The notes under the pieces were generated by a model. The model had not been told where the DNA came from and ran no database searches. It worked only from the letters and a program-made list of their open reading frames with translations. A stretch of 64,000 bases of DNA. It comes from an uncultured Bacteroides sp. Lineage in GTDB: Bacteria; Bacteroidota; Bacteroidia; Bacteroidales; Muribaculaceae. Made by a program: the position numbers and the translations under genes. Shown here in pieces: positions 60,012 through 64,000 of the stretch; positions within the stretch are counted from its first letter, which is position 1, and every line of letters begins with the position of its first letter. The stretch covers positions 5,194 to 69,193 of the forward strand of contig CAZKPP010000003.1 of assembly GCA_964554665.1 (NCBI GenBank), written 5' to 3'.

Positions 60012-60366
60012 GAAGAATGGTTATGGCGTCCTTAATCAGCTCGATGCAAGGTTTGCGTCCCGGTTGTCGGAGCTGACTGCAGTTTATCTGCCCATTGTTT
60101 TTTGCCGTAAAAGCGTTTATCAGCCCGCTGACGCGACCGTAAAGGTTCTTTTTATCGCCGGGACCGCCGTAGGTTTTGGCGCTGCAAACAATAGCCATGG
60201 CGTTCGCCGCGCCGCAGATATTGCCGGTGGCGCCTATGCCTGTGCCGAGGCCGGCAGTCATGGCCTCCAACGCAGGGTCGAAAACCATAGCCACGCATTG
60301 CGCGCAGTTATATCCCGCGGCTCTCAGCTCTACGGCTTTTGAAATTCTATCTTCGAGTGTTACCAT
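59995..60366 (-). CDS. C_GCAxxG_C_C family redox-type small protein
   Basis: 123 aa. GYNCAQCV motif plus downstream conserved Cys residues (NICGA, INCSQL, KPCIELI). Confidence 0.65.
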   Translation of the reverse strand: MVTLEDRISKAVELRAAGYNCAQCVAMVFDPALEAMTAGLGTGIGATGNICGAANAMAIVCSAKTYGGPGDKKNLYGRVSGLINAFTAKNNGQINCSQLRQPGRKPCIELIKDAITILHEEDI

Positions 60367-61022
60367 AATATCGGTGTTTTCCCTTGCGCAACAAGGAATT
60401 CATTGGCTTTAGAAAAATGTTTGCAACCGAAAAATCCGCGATGCGCGCTCAGCGGCGAAGGGTGGGGGGCTTCAAGCACCAGATGCTTCCGGCGGTCGAT
60501 CAGCGCGGCTTTGCGGCGCGCATGGCTGCCCCAAAGAATAAAGACTATGCCGCTACGGTTGGCCGAAAGGGCCGAAATCGCGGCATCGGTAACCGCTTCC
60601 CAGCCGATTGACGCGTGCGAGGCTGGCTGATGGGCGCGCACCGTCAGCGAGTTATTGAGTAGCAGCACTCCCTGGCGGGCCCAGCGTGTCAGGTCGCCCG
60701 ACTGCGGAATTGCCACGCCCAGGTCGGCGTTAATTTCCTTATAGATATTGATTAGCGACGGAGGCACTGCAATGCCGTCGTTGACCGAAAAGGCCAAGCC
60801 GTTGGCCTGACCGTCGCCATGATAGGGGTCCTGGCCGAGGATAACAACCTTAACGGCCGAAAACGGACATAAATCGAAGGCCGCGAAAATTTGTGCCGCA
60901 GGCGGAAAAACCTTGGTTGCGGCATATTCGCGGCGAACAAAGTCAGCTGTTTTGGCAAAAGCCCCCGACTCCCAAACGGAAGCCAGTTGCTTTTGCCATT
61001 CAGGCTCTATTCTTACGTTCAT
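60360..61022 (-). CDS. ung: uracil-DNA glycosylase (family 1)
   Basis: 220 aa from the ATG at 61022. VVILGQDPYHG water-activating loop and HPSPLSA leucine-loop motif. Confidence 0.9.
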   Translation of the reverse strand: MNVRIEPEWQKQLASVWESGAFAKTADFVRREYAATKVFPPAAQIFAAFDLCPFSAVKVVILGQDPYHGDGQANGLAFSVNDGIAVPPSLINIYKEINADLGVAIPQSGDLTRWARQGVLLLNNSLTVRAHQPASHASIGWEAVTDAAISALSANRSGIVFILWGSHARRKAALIDRRKHLVLEAPHPSPLSAHRGFFGCKHFSKANEFLVAQGKTPILW

Positions 61023-61408
61023 GCAGCGAGGTTGGGAATCGGGCCGAAGCGGTTGTCGCAAGGCTCGGAGTCCTTGATCATCCAGATCAGGAAGATAATC
61101 TGTCCAATAAGGGGAATGCAGTTGATGAAAATCCAACCGCCACCTTTGCCTATGTCGTGCAAACGGCGAACTGTCAGTCCCAGACTCGGCAGAAAGAAAA
61201 TGAGGCTAACCGCACCGGATACACCGTAATACAAGTATTGATTGCCTGAGGCGAATAGTCCAAAAACAACTTCAATTGCGAAGGATACAATGAGACTGAA
61301 CAGTTCAAACCACCAGTATTCCGAACGGCTTGCGCGGCCCGAAAACTTGCAATACTGGTTGAAAGCCATGGATACGGCTTGCGAAAAAGATACTTGACGC
61401 TGATACAT
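61019..61408 (-). CDS. DUF805 family inner-membrane protein
   Basis: 129 aa. GRASRSEYWWF and RRLHDIGKGGGW are hallmarks of the family. Confidence 0.8.
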   Translation of the reverse strand: MYQRQVSFSQAVSMAFNQYCKFSGRASRSEYWWFELFSLIVSFAIEVVFGLFASGNQYLYYGVSGAVSLIFFLPSLGLTVRRLHDIGKGGGWIFINCIPLIGQIIFLIWMIKDSEPCDNRFGPIPNLAA

Positions 61409-61435
61409 AATTGAATTATTATTTGGTTTTCAGCG

Positions 61436-61443
61436 CAAAGTTA
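61436..61443 (-). promoter_or_regulatory. -7 promoter box (TAACTTTG on minus strand) for the DUF805-ung chain
   Basis: Plus-strand caaagtta, 28 nt upstream of the ATG at 61408. Confidence 0.5.
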
Positions 61444-61475
61444 AACAATTTTTTGGATTTTGTAAAGAAAGTGCG

Positions 61476-61483
61476 TAACTTTG
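61476..61483 (+). promoter_or_regulatory. -7 promoter box TAACTTTG for the FdtA-like/aminotransferase genes
   Basis: Exact TAnnTTTG, 13 nt upstream of the ATG at 61496. Divergent partner of the box at 61436..61443. Confidence 0.5.
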
Positions 61484-61495
61484 TAGTGAATTTTT

Positions 61496-61864
61496 ATGGA
61501 TAAAACGAGACTGATCGAACTCCCTAAGATTCTTGATGAACGCGGCAACCTGACGTTTATCGAGGAAAGCCGTCATATCCCATTTGAAATAGGCGGAGTA
61601 ACGTGGATTTACGATGTTCCCGGCGGCCAGAGTCGCGAAGGCTATTGTTTTCCCGACAACGACGAGTTTATTGTGCCGCTCTCGGGCTCGTTTGAGATAG
61701 AGTTTGCCGATGGCCGCGTCGTTGCCATGAACGTTGCCAACGTAGGCCTCTATGTGCCCGCCGGCGTAAGTCACAGATTAGTTAATTTTTCCACCAACTC
61801 TATTGCGCTGATTCTCTGCTCGGAAACTGTTGATTCCAAAGATTTTGCCAATGAACACGATTGA
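61496..61864 (+). CDS. FdtA/WxcM-like cupin, divergent copy lacking the H-x-H active-site motif
   Basis: 122 aa. ILDERGNLTFIEESRHIPFEIGGVTWIYDVPGG aligns with sugar 3,4-ketoisomerases, but the RG-HAH position reads REGYCF. Confidence 0.7.
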   Translation: MDKTRLIELPKILDERGNLTFIEESRHIPFEIGGVTWIYDVPGGQSREGYCFPDNDEFIVPLSGSFEIEFADGRVVAMNVANVGLYVPAGVSHRLVNFSTNSIALILCSETVDSKDFANEHD

Positions 61865-62267
61865 CGATTGCCATATTATTCATTTTCCGCGGCTGAGCAG
61901 CGACCGCAACGGTAATCTGACCGTTGCCGAAAACCTGCCGTTTCAGGTCAAGCGCGTTTATTATATTTATGATGTTCCCGGCGGAGAGAGCCGAGGCGAA
62001 CATGCGCATTATGAACTGTATCAGACCATAGTGGCCGCCTCGGGCAGTTTCACGGTTATTCTCGACGATGGCACGCATCAGAAGCGCGTGTTTCTCAATA
62101 AACCGTACGAGGGCCTCTTCCTCCCTCCCGGCATTTGGCATCATCTGGTCGATTTCGCTTCGGGCTCGGTAGTTCTGTCGCTGAACTCCGCCCCCTACGA
62201 CGAAAACGACTATATGCGCGAATATGAGCAATTTATAGAATATCGCCGCAAAAATGGATCAGATTAA
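61851..62267 (+). CDS. FdtA/QdtA-like dTDP-4-keto-6-deoxy-sugar 3,4-ketoisomerase (cupin)
   Basis: 138 aa from the ATG at 61851 (the track start at 61830 is TTG). [36 protein letters not shown] and [12 protein letters not shown] closely follow the FdtA pattern. Overlaps the first copy by 14 nt. Confidence 0.78.
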   Translation: MNTIDDCHIIHFPRLSSDRNGNLTVAENLPFQVKRVYYIYDVPGGESRGEHAHYELYQTIVAASGSFTVILDDGTHQKRVFLNKPYEGLFLPPGIWHHLVDFASGSVVLSLNSAPYDENDYMREYEQFIEYRRKNGSD

Positions 62268-63360
62268 ATTCCTTGACCTTCAGAAGGTGAATGCGGCCCA
62301 TGCCGACGCCCTGAAGCAAGCCGCGCAGCGGGTTATTGATTCCGGGTGGTATCTGCAGGGTGCTGAAAACGCCTCTTTTGAGTCGGAATATGCTGATTAT
62401 ATCGGCGTTGATTATGCCATAGGCTGCGGCAATGGCCTCGATGCCCTGCGGCTGATATTGAGAGCATATATTGAACTCGGACGGCTTAAACCGGGCGACG
62501 AAGTGATTGTGCCCGCAAATACTTATATCGCCTCAATATTGGCCGTTACCGATAATGACCTTACTCCTGTTCTTGTCGAGCCCGATCCAGAAACCTTGCA
62601 GATTGAACCTGCAAAAGTTCAGGAAGCCGTAACCGACAGAACCCGCGCCGTGATGATTGTGCACCTCTACGGCCGGTGCGCCTACAATCAGAGGATTGCC
62701 GACATCTGTGCCGAGCATAGCCTGCTGCTGATTGAGGATAACGCGCAAGCTCACGGCTGCAAATGGCAAGGACGCCGCACAGGCTCGCTGGGCGATGCCG
62801 CCGGTCATAGTTTCTATCCGGGCAAGAACCTCGGCGCCTTGGGCGACGGAGGCGCAGTTACCACCAACGACCCTGAGCTGGCAAAGATGGTAAGGACTCT
62901 GGCAAACTACGGCTCGTCGCGGAAATATGTGTTTGACTACAAGGGGCTCAACTCCAGACTCGACGAGCTGCAGGCCGCGGTGTTGCGCGCGAAATTGCCG
63001 TATCTCGACAGCGAAAACGCTCATCGCAAGGAACTTGCAAAACTCTATGCTGCAGGCATAAAGAATCCTAAAGTTAAAGTTCCGGTTACTACCGACTGGG
63101 AGGGCAACGTGGTTCATATATTTCCGATTTTTACTGCCGAGCGCGACCGCCTGCAGAAGTATCTGGCCGATAACGGCGTTCAAACGCTGATTCATTATCC
63201 CATACCCCCTCACAAGCAAAAATGCTACGCCCGGTGGGCCGATTTGAAGCTGCCGGTGACTGAACAAATTCATAACCAAGAACTCTCGCTGCCTGTTTCG
63301 CCGGTGTTGACCCCCGTTGAGGTTCAGCGAGTTATTTCTCTAATCAATTCATGGACATAG
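62254..63360 (+). CDS. DegT/DnrJ/EryC1/StrS family PLP aminotransferase (FdtB/QdtB/WecE-like)
   Basis: 368 aa. [21 protein letters not shown] carries the catalytic Lys motif. Overlaps the preceding gene by 14 nt. Confidence 0.88.
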   Translation: MDQIKFLDLQKVNAAHADALKQAAQRVIDSGWYLQGAENASFESEYADYIGVDYAIGCGNGLDALRLILRAYIELGRLKPGDEVIVPANTYIASILAVTDNDLTPVLVEPDPETLQIEPAKVQEAVTDRTRAVMIVHLYGRCAYNQRIADICAEHSLLLIEDNAQAHGCKWQGRRTGSLGDAAGHSFYPGKNLGALGDGGAVTTNDPELAKMVRTLANYGSSRKYVFDYKGLNSRLDELQAAVLRAKLPYLDSENAHRKELAKLYAAGIKNPKVKVPVTTDWEGNVVHIFPIFTAERDRLQKYLADNGVQTLIHYPIPPHKQKCYARWADLKLPVTEQIHNQELSLPVSPVLTPVEVQRVISLINSWT

Positions 63361-64000
63361 TTTTACTACTCGTCGGGTTCGTTTTGATACTCGGCGGCGC
63401 AAATTTTATGACCGACGGCTCTGCTGCGGTCGCCAAACGTCTCGGTGTCAGCGACTTTGTTATCGGCTTGACCATAGTGTCGATTGGTACCAGTGCCCCG
63501 GAATTCATTGTCAGCCTTTTGGCGGCTATCGAAGGCGCTCCGGCAATGTCGATTGGCAACATTGTCGGCTCCAACATCTTCAATATTCTTATGATTATCG
63601 GCATTGTAGCCATTCTGCGCCCCATAACTGTGCCCAAAACGGTTTTGACCGGCGATGCTATTTGGATGCTTGTGTCGTCTGCGGCAATGCTGATTGTCGG
63701 CCTGGCTCCCGAGCTTGGTGCCGGTCCGCGCGTGTTGACCCGCGTTTGCGGGCTGCTATTCGTGCTTTTCTTTGCGCTTTTCCTGACTCAGGCGCTGAAT
63801 AAGCCGAAAGAGGCGTCAGACGAAACTGAGGAAATTAAAACGCTGCCCCTGTGGCGCGCGCTGCTATATTTGTTTGGCGGCCTCGGCGTTCTGGTGTGGG
63901 GCGGTGAGTGGTTCGTCGACGGAGCAACCGGTCTGGCCCGCACGCTGGGCTGGAGCGAGGCCCTGATAGGTCTGACTATCCTTGCTGTGGGCACTTCGCT
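63351..64000 (+). CDS. CaCA family sodium/calcium exchanger (YrbG-like), partial, runs off right edge
   Basis: Not in ORF track (no stop in window). From the ATG at 63351: [52 protein letters not shown], a classic alpha-1 repeat. Confidence 0.75.
   Translation, partial: MDIVLLLVGFVLILGGANFMTDGSAAVAKRLGVSDFVIGLTIVSIGTSAPEFIVSLLAAIEGAPAMSIGNIVGSNIFNILMIIGIVAILRPITVPKTVLTGDAIWMLVSSAAMLIVGLAPELGAGPRVLTRVCGLLFVLFFALFLTQALNKPKEASDETEEIKTLPLWRALLYLFGGLGVLVWGGEWFVDGATGLARTLGWSEALIGLTILAVGTS

Noticed and set aside
1-64000. Scan for tRNA, rRNA, CRISPR arrays, integrases or transposases, long direct or inverted repeats and island boundaries.
   Set aside because: All intergenic regions are short (at most about 380 nt) and none contains cloverleaf-like or repeat-spacer structure. 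No recombinase-like ORF is present. The only DNA-level repeat noted is the 24-nt match between the two nuclease paralogs.

Overview
By eye this window is a densely packed, mostly core chromosomal segment of a Bacteroidales (Bacteroidota) genome. Three things point that way: several type IX secretion (T9SS) components and cargo proteins, repeated TAnnTTTG '-7' promoter boxes 15-35 nt upstream of start codons, and a lipoprotein with an acidic post-Cys export signal.

I can support about 55 protein-coding genes. Housekeeping genes include trmB, gyrB, rnr, upp, htpG, carAB, fldA, sbcCD, dcp, ung, dacB, glsA, ansA and a class I fumarase. Two partial genes at the window edges are missing from the ORF track: an Mrp/ApbC N-terminus at the left and a CaCA antiporter at the right. 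The track uses alternative start codons, so I re-set several starts to in-frame ATGs.

I found no rRNA, tRNA, CRISPR array, integrase, transposase or obvious island boundary. I see no convincing defence island or clearly novel multi-gene system and do not want to overstate one.

The observations most worth a second look are:
1. A mutarotase-FucP permease module that ends in an unusual fusion of a cytidylyltransferase-fold domain to a fucokinase/HddA-like GHMP kinase.
2. A gap-free operon of two 566-aa secreted endonuclease-I paralogs plus a BspA-type LRR protein, all with T9SS tails.
3. An orphan trio of two tandem FdtA-like cupins plus a DegT aminotransferase, in which the first cupin has lost the catalytic H-x-H.
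4. A self-contained module of a surface lipoprotein and a beta-barrel.
5. A five-gene chain of overlapping genes that links ung to Cys-rich proteins and a T9SS-plug-like protein.

All functional calls come from motif recognition by eye. None has been checked by database search.
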